64,000 bases of DNA from Myxococcota bacterium (GTDB lineage Bacteria > Myxococcota_A > SURF-8 > G963663525): contig CAXXVK010000060.1 in assembly GCA_963676915.2 (NCBI GenBank), positions 160,001-224,000 of the forward strand. The letters are read 5' to 3'. The notes beneath the pieces are model-generated. The model searched no databases and had not been told where the DNA came from. It worked only from the letters and a program-made list of their open reading frames with translations. This document shows positions 52,573-63,430 of this stretch, piece after piece. A program made the position numbers and the translations under genes. Each line of letters opens with the position of its first letter. Positions within the stretch are counted from its first letter, which is position 1.

Positions 52573-52758
52573 TTTTTCTCACCTTTCCTACGGATTATGG
52601 TACTTATCGCGAGAAAGACTTGAATCACTTCAAAGTGCACTTTCAATGGCTATCGCTTCCGCTTTTGCCCTTCTCTCCTCCTAAAAATCATTCATCAAGA
52701 AGGACGTTCCCCTCGGAAAAAGTAAAAACAGGTGAGGGGAACATCCGAATAGGTTGGC

Positions 52759-55110
52759 CTAGAAGGCTTCGAAATCTTTGTCGATGGCGTCATCGCTTCC
52801 GTCGAGAAGCAGTTTTACGCCTTTGGTGTCTCCGTTGCCGTGGTTGGAAGGCGGCGACTTTTTGCTGCTTGTGCGTGAAACGGGGCTTTTCATGCTTTGC
52901 CTGAAAGCCGACGAACCGGATCGCTTGATCTTGAAGAACGAGGCCGATTGCAGCAGTTGCTCGCCTTGACCAGAGAGTTCTTCGCTGGTGGCGGCCAGTT
53001 CCTCGGTGGAAGCGGCGCTTTGCTGGATCACCTGGTCGAGCTGGTGAATGGCCTGGGTTACCTGCTCGATGCCGTTGGCCTGTTCCGAACTGCTGGCGTT
53101 GATTTCACGCACGAGGTCGGAGGTTTTCTGAATCACCGGCACGATCTCGTTGAGCAATCCACCCGCTTTTTCGGCGATTTCCACGCTGCTTTCGGAGAGT
53201 TCGCCGATTTCTTTGGCGGCAGTCTGACTGCGTTCGGCCAGCTTGCGGACTTCGGCGGCCACCACGGCGAATCCCTTGCCGTGTTCCCCGGCGCGGGCGG
53301 CCTCGATGGCGGCGTTCAGCGCCAGCATGTTGGTCTGGCGGGCGATTTCCTCGATGATGTTGATTTTTTCGGCGATGCTCTTCATCGCTCCGACGGTTTG
53401 TGTTACCGCCGCGCCGCCTTCTTCGGCATCTTCTGCGGCTTTCGAGGCGATGGACGCGGTTTGCTGCGCGTTGTCGGCGTTCTGCTTGACGGTCGCGCTC
53501 ATTTCTTCCATCGAGCTGGAAACTTCTTCCACGCTCGAAGCTTGCTCGGAAGCGCCCTGCGCCATGGATTGCGAAGACTGGTTGACCTGCTCCGCTCCGG
53601 TAGCTACTTGACCGGCTGCCGATTGCACGTCTTCGGCAAAGCGGGTGAGATTGCCAATCATGTTGTTGATGTTGTCGGCGATTTTCTCGAAGTTTGCGGC
53701 GATTTCAGCCGTGTCGTTATCCGAATCGGCCACTTGCACGTCCACGTTCAGATCGCCTTCGGAGACTTTACCCAGTGCAGTAACCAGCTTGCCGACTTCG
53801 CCTTCCTGGTAATTGGCCTGCTTTTTCGCCACTCGCGCCGCTTCGCGAACGGCGGTTTGATCGATGATGAATTCAAACGCCGCCACGGCATTGCCGCTTT
53901 CGTTTTTGATCGGCGTGGAGATGTAATCGATTTCCATCCGATGATCGCCCGGTGTGGCGACGGTGGAGCTTTCCGTCATTTTACGGGTGTTCATCGCTCG
54001 TTCGCTGGCGCAGTTGGCCGTCTGGCATTCTCCACCTTTCAAAGAATGGTAGCATTTGGTTCCCAGCATTTTCTCCGGTGTGCTTCCCGAAATATTCGCC
54101 AATTGCTTGTTGGCAAACAGAATATTGAATTCCTCGTCTACGCCGAGCACGGGAATCGGCACGTTGTCCAGATGTCCAACCAGTTCGTCGGTAAGACCGT
54201 TGATGCCGTCCACCATTTTCATCCAGGCGCCTTTGTATGCCGAAGAATCGCTGCGTTCGGTCAGACGCCCGGCCTTGACGTTGGCGCTCATACCGTTGAC
54301 GTCATCCAGCAGTTTTCGCAATACCCCAATGACTTCGGCAAGTGCCGCCATCATCTGGCCGATTTCGTCCAGGCTTTTATCGGTGATTTCCTGGTCGATT
54401 TCTCCGGCGGCCATCGCGGTCATCATGGACGAGGCATTGTTGAGCCGTTTGGCGATGGTGCGACTGATCCACCAGGCGAGTGCTGCGCAAAACAGCGTCA
54501 AAATGAGAGAAAACACCAAAATGCGGTTGCGCCAACCCGCGATTTCCTCGTTGACGTCTTCGATATACATGCCGGTCCCCACAACCCATTGCCAGGGTTC
54601 GAAATACTGAACGTAGGAAATCTTCGGCACGATGCGGTTTTTCTGGTCTTTGTACTGCCACATGTAATCGACGAACCCAGCTTTGTCGCTCAAAGCCACG
54701 TCCACCATTTCCTCGAACATCTTTTTGCCGTGCGGGTCTTTGTTGTCCCTGACGCTTTTGCCTTCGAGCGCTAGGTTGAATGGGTGCATGACCATGATGT
54801 GGTCGGTATCGTTGATCCAGAAATAGTCATTCATTTCGGGACCATAGCGCACAGAACGCACGGCTTCGGCGGCTTGTTTGCGGCCTTCTTCATCGGTGAG
54901 CGTTCCGGCCACAACCATGTCATGATAATGCTTGACGACAGATACAACGACTTCGGTCTGCTCCTTTATTTTTTCACGTTTCTTGTCTACCAGTCCGTCG
55001 CCGAACTGGGGAACGATCCAACCCATGATGGAGCCAATGAACAGGGTAATGATAACGAAGCTCAATGAGAGGATTTTCCAGCCGATCTTCAGGTTCGAGA
55101 AGAATTTCAT
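52759..55110 (-). CDS. Methyl-accepting chemotaxis protein (single Cache, HAMP, PAS)
   Basis: [29 protein letters not shown] sCache_2 motifs; cytoplasmic PAS; C-term DFEAF. Confidence 0.95.
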   Translation of the reverse strand: MKFFSNLKIGWKILSLSFVIITLFIGSIMGWIVPQFGDGLVDKKREKIKEQTEVVVSVVKHYHDMVVAGTLTDEEGRKQAAEAVRSVRYGPEMNDYFWINDTDHIMVMHPFNLALEGKSVRDNKDPHGKKMFEEMVDVALSDKAGFVDYMWQYKDQKNRIVPKISYVQYFEPWQWVVGTGMYIEDVNEEIAGWRNRILVFSLILTLFCAALAWWISRTIAKRLNNASSMMTAMAAGEIDQEITDKSLDEIGQMMAALAEVIGVLRKLLDDVNGMSANVKAGRLTERSDSSAYKGAWMKMVDGINGLTDELVGHLDNVPIPVLGVDEEFNILFANKQLANISGSTPEKMLGTKCYHSLKGGECQTANCASERAMNTRKMTESSTVATPGDHRMEIDYISTPIKNESGNAVAAFEFIIDQTAVREAARVAKKQANYQEGEVGKLVTALGKVSEGDLNVDVQVADSDNDTAEIAANFEKIADNINNMIGNLTRFAEDVQSAAGQVATGAEQVNQSSQSMAQGASEQASSVEEVSSSMEEMSATVKQNADNAQQTASIASKAAEDAEEGGAAVTQTVGAMKSIAEKINIIEEIARQTNMLALNAAIEAARAGEHGKGFAVVAAEVRKLAERSQTAAKEIGELSESSVEIAEKAGGLLNEIVPVIQKTSDLVREINASSSEQANGIEQVTQAIHQLDQVIQQSAASTEELAATSEELSGQGEQLLQSASFFKIKRSGSSAFRQSMKSPVSRTSSKKSPPSNHGNGDTKGVKLLLDGSDDAIDKDFEAF

Positions 55111-55146
55111 GATGCGGTCCTTTCACACAGGAGTATTGAATGCCGA

Positions 55147-57286
55147 CTAGGATTGCGCCGAGAGATCCTCGGTCTTCTCTTTGATTTTTCGGTTTTTACC
55201 GATGGAAACTTTTTCATCCATGTTGGCCATGCGTACGAGGCCCAACACGTCTACGATCAACGCCACATTGCCGTCGCCCATGATGGTCGCGCCGGACAGC
55301 CCGACGACATCCTGGTAAATACGTCCGAGGGATTTGATAACCGTCTGGTAGTCGCCGATCACCCGGTCCACCACCAGTCCGACGCGCTGGTCGCCGTGGT
55401 TGACGATCACCGCCTCCTCGATTTCCGGCCGGATACCTTCGATCCAGAACGTTTCGCGCAGGCGCACGAACGGCAGCAACTCGCCCCGGACCTGAATCAG
55501 ATTTCGTCCACGATCCAGTGCGATGGTTTCCGGTGTCATTTCAATGCATTCCACGATGGCATTGATGGGAATGACGTATTTTCCAGCCCCGATTTCGACC
55601 AGCAGACCGTCGATGATCGCCAGCGTAAGAGGCAGGTAGAGATCGATTCGCGTGCCTTTTCCCGGTTGGCTGTCGATTTCGATCGATCCCCGCAGGCTTT
55701 CGATTTCCCGTTTCACCACGTCCATTCCCACGCCGCGTCCGGAAATCGATGTAACCGATTCCGCCGTGGAAAAGCCGGGGCGCATGATGAGGTTGAAAAT
55801 TTCTTTTTCGGTCAAATCTTCGTCGGCGGCGATCAAGCCTTTTTCGATGGCTTTGGCGCGAATGGCTTCGGGGTTCAGTCCTTTTCCGTCGTCTTCGATG
55901 GAAATCACCACGTTCGCTCCCCGATGCATGGCGGACAGGCGGATCGTGCCACGCTCCGGCTTTCCGGCTTCCAATCGTGCTTCCTGGCCTTCGATACCAT
56001 GGTCCAGGCTGTTGCGAATCAGGTGCACCAGGGGGTCTCCGAGGCGGTCGATGACGGTTTTGTCCATTTCCGTCTCACCACCCTGGGTGACGAGATCGAT
56101 TTGCTTGTTCAGTTCCGACGAGAGGTCGCGTACCAGGCGACGGAAGCGGCTGAACGTCCCGCCGATGGGCATCATGCGGATATTCAGCACGATATCGCGC
56201 AATTCTCCGGTCAGGCGATCCACTTCCTCCACCGGAGAATCGAGTTCGAGACTGTCGATTTTCGAGGCCACGCGGGACAATTGCGCCTGGGTGATGACCA
56301 GCTCGCCGACGAGATTGATAAGGTTATCGAGTTTGTCGGCGGGAACGCGAACCGTTTCTCTGGCAGTGGCTTTGTTGAAAGCCTGCAACGCTTTCTGTTC
56401 TTGAAGCGCCGATTGGATTTTCGTCTTGGAGACGCCTTTTGTCTCGGAGAGAAGATCGCCAATACGTTTTTGCGTTCCTAAAACCTGTTCGATATCTTCC
56501 GCTTTGGCATCGCCACGATCGACGAGAATTTCTCCCAACCGTGGGATGTCTTCGGCTTCTTCTTCGGAAATACGCCGAATATCGATTTCGCATTCATCCT
56601 CGACGAAAATGAACACGTCGCGGATGTCGTCCTCGTTGTTGGAGGTGGTTAGGACGATATCCCAGGACAAATAGCACCTTTCCGGGTCGATTTCGTCCAG
56701 CGGGGGAATGGCTTCGAGGTTCGTGATGACTTCGCATTCCCCAAGCCCTTTTAGCTCGTCGATCAGAAGTGCCGGGTCCATTCCCCTGGAAAATATTTCG
56801 GGATCGCCTTGGAAACGGACCCGGTACACCTGTTTGCTGGGAGGAGCGGCTTCTTCTTCTGGTTTTTGCTCTTTCGTCTCTTTCATCGCCTTTTTGGCGG
56901 AACGCGGCATCAGTTCGTGCAAACGCTCGATAATCTTCAGGTTTTGCGTATGGCTGACGCTCGGACCACCCTGGCTTTGGTCGAGCATGGCGCTGATTTG
57001 ATCGCGGGAGATCAAAATCAGGTCGATGAAATCTTTTGAGATTTTCATCTTTCCTTCGCGCACGAGATCCAACGCGGTTTCGACGTGGTGGGTAAAGTCC
57101 GCGATGTCGTCGAACCCGAACATCGACCCCGAACCCTTGATCGTATGCATGGCTCGGAACAGCCGGTTGACCGCATCGATGTCCTCGGGATCGGACTCGA
57201 TATTCAAAATGCACTCCTCGATATCCGTAAGGAGTTCTTCGGCTTCCTGCAAAAAAAACGTCGGCAAAGTTGGCGGATTCACTCAT
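55147..57286 (-). CDS. cheA: Chemotaxis histidine kinase CheA (apparent frameshift near start)
   Basis: FRAMHTIKGS, HLIRNSLDHG, GFSTA..SGRGVGMDVV, CheW domain; likely start MSESANFADVF at 57286 is out of frame across A8 at 57251-57258. Confidence 0.93.
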
Positions 57287-57311
57287 GGTATTAAATCCTT
57301 ATAAACGAGGG

Positions 57312-57677
57312 TTATTTCAGGACTTTCTTTACGACGGAAACGAGTTGGGGCGGCTTGAACGGCTTGACGATCCACCCTGTGGCCCCCGCCTTTTTTCCTT
57401 CGAGTTTTTTTCCGCTTTCCGATTCGGTCGTCAGCATGACGATGGGAATGAACTTGTACTCTTTCCGGCTGCGGACCTCCCGGATGAGTTCGAGTCCGTT
57501 CATGTTGGGCATGTTCAGGTCGGTGATGAGCATATCGATGGTGTCGTTCGTCAATTTGGAGAGCGCATCCACGCCGTCTTCCGCCTCGACCACATCGTAT
57601 CCGGCCTGCTTGAGCGTAAAGCTCACCATTTGCCGCATACTGGTCGAATCGTCGGCTGTCATGATTACCTTGCTCAT
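57312..57677 (-). CDS. cheY: CheY-like response regulator
   Basis: MSKVIMTADDS, ITDLNMP, LTTES, WIVKPF; own AGGAG RBS before ATG 57677. Confidence 0.92.
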   Translation of the reverse strand: MSKVIMTADDSTSMRQMVSFTLKQAGYDVVEAEDGVDALSKLTNDTIDMLITDLNMPNMNGLELIREVRSRKEYKFIPIVMLTTESESGKKLEGKKAGATGWIVKPFKPPQLVSVVKKVLK

Positions 57678-57678
57678 G

Positions 57679-57993
57679 TCAGATCTCCTTCGCTTGCGTC
57701 TCGAAGACGGCACCGAATTCCATTCCCCGGCGTTGGAAAACGCCTCGTGCACGACTTCGTTGTCACCTTGGACCGTTATCTTTTTGTCATGTATTTCCGA
57801 ATACTTGAGAGTAGATAGCAGCACTTGCAATCCCGCCGTATCGCAGCTCTCGACGGCGGAAAGATCAAGAACCAGCGAAGGAGACTGTTCGAACGCATCC
57901 AGCAGCGTTTGTCGGGTCTGTTCGACTTCGCTCACCTTGAGCGCTCCTTCGGTTCAAATCGACGGTTTTCGTCTTCTTCGGTTTTTTCGACAT
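57679..57993 (-). pseudogene. STAS-domain protein with two apparent compensating frameshifts (may be sequence error)
   Basis: LVLDLSAVESCDTAGLQVL STAS motif; ATG 57993 and TGA 57679 share a frame that differs from the core, with shifts near 57955 and 57725. Confidence 0.7.
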
Positions 57994-58008
57994 CGGATTC
58001 CCTTTCGA

Positions 58009-59825
58009 TCAGAAAAGCTCGAAATCTCCCAAATCTTCATCATCTTGATCATCGAATAATTCGATATCCGTTTCTTCCGACGAATCCTGCGATTCGTCCT
58101 TGGTTTTTTTGAATTGTTCGTGCACGTCCCGTTCGCTTTGCATGGTGTAGCGATCAAGATGGTTCTGGAGGTGCTGCGAATGCTCCGTCGGGTCGTCCGA
58201 CATCAACGGTTCGATACGTTCGGCGAGTTGATTCAACTCGCTGAGAATCGAGGCGAAAGCGTTCTCCAATTCACTCAGGAAAACCAACTCGTCTTCCGCT
58301 TCGTCGAAGCGAGCACCCAAAAGATCGGTTTTTTGAAAGCCCGTTGTGAGGATTCGCGATAGATCTGATAGGACTGGATGATTTCATCCACCACCTGATC
58401 CACATCGGAAGCGTTTTCGTTATCGCCTTCTTTGCTGCCGGAACGGGATTTGATGGTGGATACCATATCGGCCAGACCTTCGAGAGCCTGAACGACCTGG
58501 AACACCTGTCCCTCGGAATCCTTCGACAATTCCTGCACTTCTTTGGCCAGAATCCCCAGCGACAACCCGGCATCGCCCAACTGGCGGGACATGATGATGG
58601 CGTTGAGCGCTTGCAGACTGAGCATGTCCGAAATCGACCGGACTTTCTTGATGTGCCCGGCGACCTGGTTGGAAGATTCCACGGCATCGTCGAGAGCGTT
58701 GGAAAGACGCAAACCCAGGCGTTCGCCGTCTTTGAGCATGCGACTGACCGCCTGCAAAAGTGCTCGTAACCGACTGAAAGGATTGGAAGTTCTCTGTCCA
58801 CCCTGGGATTTCTCGCTGCCGTGAGCCAGGCTGTCGATATCCTTTTTCAGCCCGTCAAACGAGTGGCTCAGTTTCATTCGGGCATCGTGAATGTCTTCGA
58901 GCACACCTGAAATCTGCGTGATCTGCAACCGCACCAGCACGTTGATTTCCGAGAAACTTTCAATATTATCAATATCTTGCAGTGCTTCTATAACGTGCTC
59001 GATGCGCTGGCGGGTGATATCGTTGAACTGGATCGCCACCACCGCTTCGGCGACTTTTTGGGAAATCTCTTTCGAACGCTGTTCGATATCCGAAAGGCGC
59101 TCCTGCGAAATATGGAACAGTCGCTCGATTTCCGTCGTCGCTTCTTCGGCGTCGAACACCGCTTTGCTGAGCATCGTTTCCAGTTTTTGCGCGCCGCTGT
59201 CGAGTTCCGAACCGATGCCGCGCAAAATGGCGCGAACGTCGTCGATGTTTTCGGTGAGCAGTTCGGCTCGATCGCTGATGTCTCTGGAAAATCCTTTGAT
59301 TTCGAGGGAATAGTCTCCGAACATTTTATCGGCGTTGTCGGAGCGGGTGGATTGGATGGAAATGTTGATGCCGAAAATACCCAGACGCCAGGCGATTTCC
59401 TTGATGTTGCTGATACCCAGATCGAGCGTTTTCATCAATGAAATCAAGGTGCCTACGTTGTCCCGGCTTTGGAAAACGCCCGAGCTGGCATTGCGCAGAC
59501 GTTCGATGGCTTTCATCACCAGGCTACGGATGTCCACCACGGCGCAGTCGCTCGATTCCAGATCCAGGGATTTTCCGGCTTTCTTCGAGATTTCCGCAAC
59601 TTCCTCCGCGCCGTTGTAAAACACCTGCAACGCCGAACCGAGACGAACGAAATTCGGTTCCGAGTTTGCATTGGCTTCTTTCAGGCGGTCGATCACCTCT
59701 TGCATGTGCTGTCGAATATCAACAAGAGGTTCAATCAATGATGTTGAATTGTCGGAAGTGGAGAGCAACATACATCCTGTTTTCGTCACCCGGACCCTAT
59801 CCCGGTCCGGTTTGTTTTCGATCAT
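58009..59825 (-). pseudogene. Cytoplasmic MCP-like coiled-coil protein, split by one frameshift (may be sequence error)
   Basis: QFNDITRQRIEHV, LQALNAIIMS; C-terminal fragment RYTMQSERDVH..DFELF; adding one base to T6 at 58329-58334 joins the two ORFs. Confidence 0.75.
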
Positions 59826-60239
59826 GAAAACATTGTTCTCTCCGGTCGTTCACCGTTTCAGATGAATGCTTCGGAGAAAACTCGAATTTTCCACGTGGTT
59901 CGAGGAACCATCGCTACTAGACGAATACGGTCTGTCGAAGGATTTCTTGAGTTTTCTAGATGCAAAGGTAAGTTTTTTACTTGGAAAAAGTATCCGACGA
60001 TCGGAATTGGAACGCGATCGACTCCCTTGAAATTTTCTTGAAGATTGTTGGAAAACAGGACATGAAAAAGTGAGGTAAAAACCGATAACATATTGTTATT
60101 ATATGTTTATTGTAGAAAATTTAAATATTCATCATCTTTAGGTTTACGCAGGCATTATATGTGTTAATTCAAATACATACAGGAAGAAATTAATACATTC
60201 AGTGCAGTTGTGTTTTCCTGTGGATTTTTCGATTGATTT

Positions 60240-60327
60240 CAGTCTGTCGAGGATGAAAATTGAGAAACAAGGGAAAAAGTAAAAGGTTTTCAAATGGAAG
60301 GTGATTCTTCATGAATTATGCGGGCTA
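60240..60327. mobile_element. Right half of a diverged MITE in tandem with copy 4
   Basis: TCTGTCGAGGATGAAAA shared with copy 3; ends TCATGAATTATGCGGGC-TA, sharing the TA with the next copy. Confidence 0.65.
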
Positions 60328-60507
60328 GCCCGCATTATTCATGAGGATCGTCGCGAGACGCCGAAAACCGAAGATCTTTCACGAAGTTGGAGCGATTTTT
60401 TAACGGAAGCAACCTTGGCAGGTTGTTGAGTATAAAAAATCGGGGAAACGAGTGAAAGATCAAGAGTTTTCAAGTCGTAGTAGATTCTTCATGAATTATG
60501 CGGGCTA
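60326..60507. mobile_element. MITE copy 4
   Basis: TA-GCCCGCATTATTCATGA ... TCATGAATTATGCGGGC-TA. Confidence 0.85.
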
Positions 60508-61205
60508 GCGGAAGGCTCCAACAAACGTTTTGCCTGGAGGTCGGCTTGTTCGATGTCATTTCGTAAACGTTCGAGATAGGAAGCGAGATCCTCTTGACGG
60601 GTATCGGATGGAACCTGAAACGGAGCGCCCTCGACGAGAGCCACCCGTGCGAAAGGCGGAACCACCCGGTAGCGATCCCAGCTTTTTTCCAAAAGTATCC
60701 CCGGCGACGACCAGCCGCCCAAAGGGACGATCCATGCTCCGGTACGTCGGGACAACTCGACCGCGCCCCGCTTGGGTTCTCCTTTCGGACCTCGCGGGCC
60801 ATCCACGGCCAGGGCGGCATGATATCCCTCTCGAAGGCATTGGGTCATGGCGTCCAGGGCTTGTGCCCCTCCTCGGCTGGAGGAACCGCGCACCACATGA
60901 AATCCCAATCCTTCGAGAATACTGGCCTGCAACGCCCCGTCACGAGACAACGAGGCCATCTGCACCATGGGTGTCGGGTGAGGATAGGCAAACAAACCGA
61001 GTTGACGACCGTGAAAAAAAGCCACGATGATCCGTTCGCCACCGATGAGCACGTCCGTCACGTTTCGATGAGGTACGAAAACACGCCGCCAGCTCGACCG
61101 CAGCGCACGAATCAGTTTTTGCCCTCCCCAGGCTAGTGAAACGTGGTGGGGTTCGAGAAAAAACTCATCGTTTGTGGAGCATTTTTCATGCATGTATAGA
61201 TTCAC
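60489..61205 (-). CDS. Lysophospholipid acyltransferase-like (DUF374) protein
   Basis: FFHGRQ, SLSRDG, VRGSSSRGG, VDGPRGP, SWDRY..P.PF; stop codon lies in the MITE TIR; start uncertain. Confidence 0.85.
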   Translation of the reverse strand: MNLYMHEKCSTNDEFFLEPHHVSLAWGGQKLIRALRSSWRRVFVPHRNVTDVLIGGERIIVAFFHGRQLGLFAYPHPTPMVQMASLSRDGALQASILEGLGFHVVRGSSSRGGAQALDAMTQCLREGYHAALAVDGPRGPKGEPKRGAVELSRRTGAWIVPLGGWSSPGILLEKSWDRYRVVPPFARVALVEGAPFQVPSDTRQEDLASYLERLRNDIEQADLQAKRLLEPSASPHNS

Positions 61206-61315
61206 GGGAGAACTTGTATCGTTCTAAACGTTTGATGGCTTTTCCAAAAACCGTGCGCTACAGTCTACCGTACGAAACGCGAAAGACTGTGTTTTCAATC
61301 TGTTGCACCGTCTCC

Positions 61316-62551
61316 TTACTTTTTCGCCTTTCCTCCCCAGCCCTGCTTCAACACACGGATGCCGTTGCGGTAGAGAATCCGGTCGATTTCGTCGTCCGAG
61401 AAGAATTTTTTCATTTCCTCGACGATGCCGTCGATCTGATCCGGGGTGAAGCAGTCTTTGAAGGGGTCGGTCAGACCGTCGAAATCCGTTCCAATGCCGA
61501 TGCAGGATACATCGCCGACCAGATTGCGGATGTAGACCATGTTTTCGACGATATCCTTGATGCCTTTTCCGTCCGAGCCGTAGCGTTTCACCGGGTCCAC
61601 CAGCCAGCGACGCGACAGAATCAACCCTACGATGCCGCCGAGTTTGTGGATACGGCGGATTTCGTCGTCGGAAAGGTTGTATTCGTGGTCGAAGAAATGT
61701 TTTAGGCCGACGTGCGAGGCCACCACCGGTCGGTTGTATTCTTCGCAAAGATCGTAAATGGCGTGACGGGCATGTTCCTGGCAGTGGGCGAGATCGATGA
61801 GGATGCCCATGTCCAGCAGTTTACGGGCGAAAGGTTCCGCAAGCTTCGACGGATCACCCCAGGTCCAACTGGCTCGTTTCATCTGGAAGACGGTGTCATC
61901 CCGACGAGGAACGATGCGGCCACCCTTTTTATGGGGAATGTACTCGGTGCCGTCGGTCTGGGGACAGAACATGTTGTCCCAGAAATGCCCAGGGGTGATC
62001 ATGGACACACCACGTTCCTTGAGGTAGTCGAGGCGGCTTTTCGTGCGCTCCCAAAAATATTCGACCGATTCGTCCTTGCCCGGTCCGTACCCCAGCGCGT
62101 GCGATCCCTCGATCGCGTGGACCATGGCGATTTCATCCTCGGCCAGCGTGTCGAGATCCTCGACGCGGGTCACCATTTTCAAGCGTTTTTCTCCAGACCG
62201 CGCCCGCTTGTTGGTGTTGATCGCCGATTGCTCCAGCGTGTCCATCATTTTCAGCAGCGTTTCCCAGGGATCGGCGGTTAGCAGCGGTCCGTAAAACCAC
62301 GGGGCGAACGTCCAGGAAATCGCTCGAAAAGGCGCTTTGATCCCTTTGCCGACGAAACCCGGCTCGATCACGTAATGGGCGCAAAGCATGACTTTTTCAG
62401 GACTTTTCTTGAGATTTCCCCAGCGCGTGCGGAAACTCAGGGGGTTCCAGAAACTTCCCGAATAGACCAGCGCCCGAAAGGATTTGCGCAGGTAGGGAAG
62501 ATAATACATTTTCAGACTGGGATGGACGTGCAGGTCCAGCAATCGACTCAT
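61316..62551 (-). CDS. Membrane dipeptidase (M19) / amidohydrolase family protein
   Basis: DLHVHP, AIEGSH, IDLAH, VASH, NLSD, GIGTDFDG. Confidence 0.88.
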   Translation of the reverse strand: MSRLLDLHVHPSLKMYYLPYLRKSFRALVYSGSFWNPLSFRTRWGNLKKSPEKVMLCAHYVIEPGFVGKGIKAPFRAISWTFAPWFYGPLLTADPWETLLKMMDTLEQSAINTNKRARSGEKRLKMVTRVEDLDTLAEDEIAMVHAIEGSHALGYGPGKDESVEYFWERTKSRLDYLKERGVSMITPGHFWDNMFCPQTDGTEYIPHKKGGRIVPRRDDTVFQMKRASWTWGDPSKLAEPFARKLLDMGILIDLAHCQEHARHAIYDLCEEYNRPVVASHVGLKHFFDHEYNLSDDEIRRIHKLGGIVGLILSRRWLVDPVKRYGSDGKGIKDIVENMVYIRNLVGDVSCIGIGTDFDGLTDPFKDCFTPDQIDGIVEEMKKFFSDDEIDRILYRNGIRVLKQGWGGKAKK

Positions 62552-62619
62552 AGGTCACCTCTGCAATCGCGTTACGAATCAACCCGCGAAAAGCGCCGTT
62601 CGTTCTCCGTAGGTCGCCG

Positions 62620-63426
62620 TCAAGGGGATACCAGATTGTTCCGATCCGGCAAGCCGATCAACCACCGGCTCACCATTCGCCACCCGGCCGGATCGACCAG
62701 ATAGCTGTAATGTGTAAAAGGCGTTGCGTCTATGGCTTCGCTGCCCGGCAGAATCGCCGAACGGGCAGGAAGAATCATTAAATCGCCGTCACTCCAGAAA
62801 CTAATGCTTTTTATGGCCGTAGGCCATGTTTTTTCGTTCAATTTTCGCATCAAATCGCTATTGGGACGCAATTGGCGCGTGATCTCGGTGTTGGCGAAAC
62901 GGGCCGCGTGGGTTCCCTGATGGGGACTGCCCAGGGTGGTCAACGTGGCGGTGCGTTGATCCAGGCCCAATTCCTGAATCGCAAAACGGCAGACGATACC
63001 CCCGAGGCTGTGCCCGACGAGATCCACTTTTTGTTCTCCCGTCACGTCGCACACTCTTTCCACAAACCGCACGAGCGACCGCGCCATCTGAACCACATCC
63101 CGATCCTCTTCGAAATGCACGCTGTAGCTGCGAGTGCGTCCCAATAACGTTAAGTAGGCGGCATGACCGAGAAAATTCCCCCGGTTCCCTCCCAACCCGT
63201 GGACGAAAACCAGGGGCCGGTAGCCATCGTATTTTTTGAAGCGCACGGGATCGGTTTTCGGAGCCAGCAGGCTCAGTCCCAACAACGGGGTCTGGAGCAG
63301 GTGCCGACCCACATCGGGATCGACCTTGCGTAAAAGATCCACCACGGCTTGAGCCAGAAAAGCCCCCGCTTTTCCGGTTTGACGAGAGAGCTTTTTCAAC
63401 GGAAAACTGCGGCTGGCAGGAATCAT
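62620..63426 (-). CDS. Alpha/beta hydrolase (lipase/esterase)
   Basis: VFVHGLGG, VGHSLGG nucleophile elbow, TLGSPHQGT, catalytic Asp/His candidates. Confidence 0.9.
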   Translation of the reverse strand: MIPASRSFPLKKLSRQTGKAGAFLAQAVVDLLRKVDPDVGRHLLQTPLLGLSLLAPKTDPVRFKKYDGYRPLVFVHGLGGNRGNFLGHAAYLTLLGRTRSYSVHFEEDRDVVQMARSLVRFVERVCDVTGEQKVDLVGHSLGGIVCRFAIQELGLDQRTATLTTLGSPHQGTHAARFANTEITRQLRPNSDLMRKLNEKTWPTAIKSISFWSDGDLMILPARSAILPGSEAIDATPFTHYSYLVDPAGWRMVSRWLIGLPDRNNLVSP

Positions 63427-63430
63427 CGAG

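Noticed and set aside
52897-54774. 625-aa + strand ORF and similar long antisense ORFs (e.g. 8623-9651, 55153-56481, 17680-18858)
   Set aside because: Shadow frames opposite well-supported genes; no recognisable domains
57312-57935. Apparent STAS-CheY fusion in the ORF track
   Set aside because: cheY has its own AGGAG RBS, and an alternative frame ends the STAS gene with TGA 1 bp before the cheY ATG; the fusion is explained by a frameshift at a short C-run
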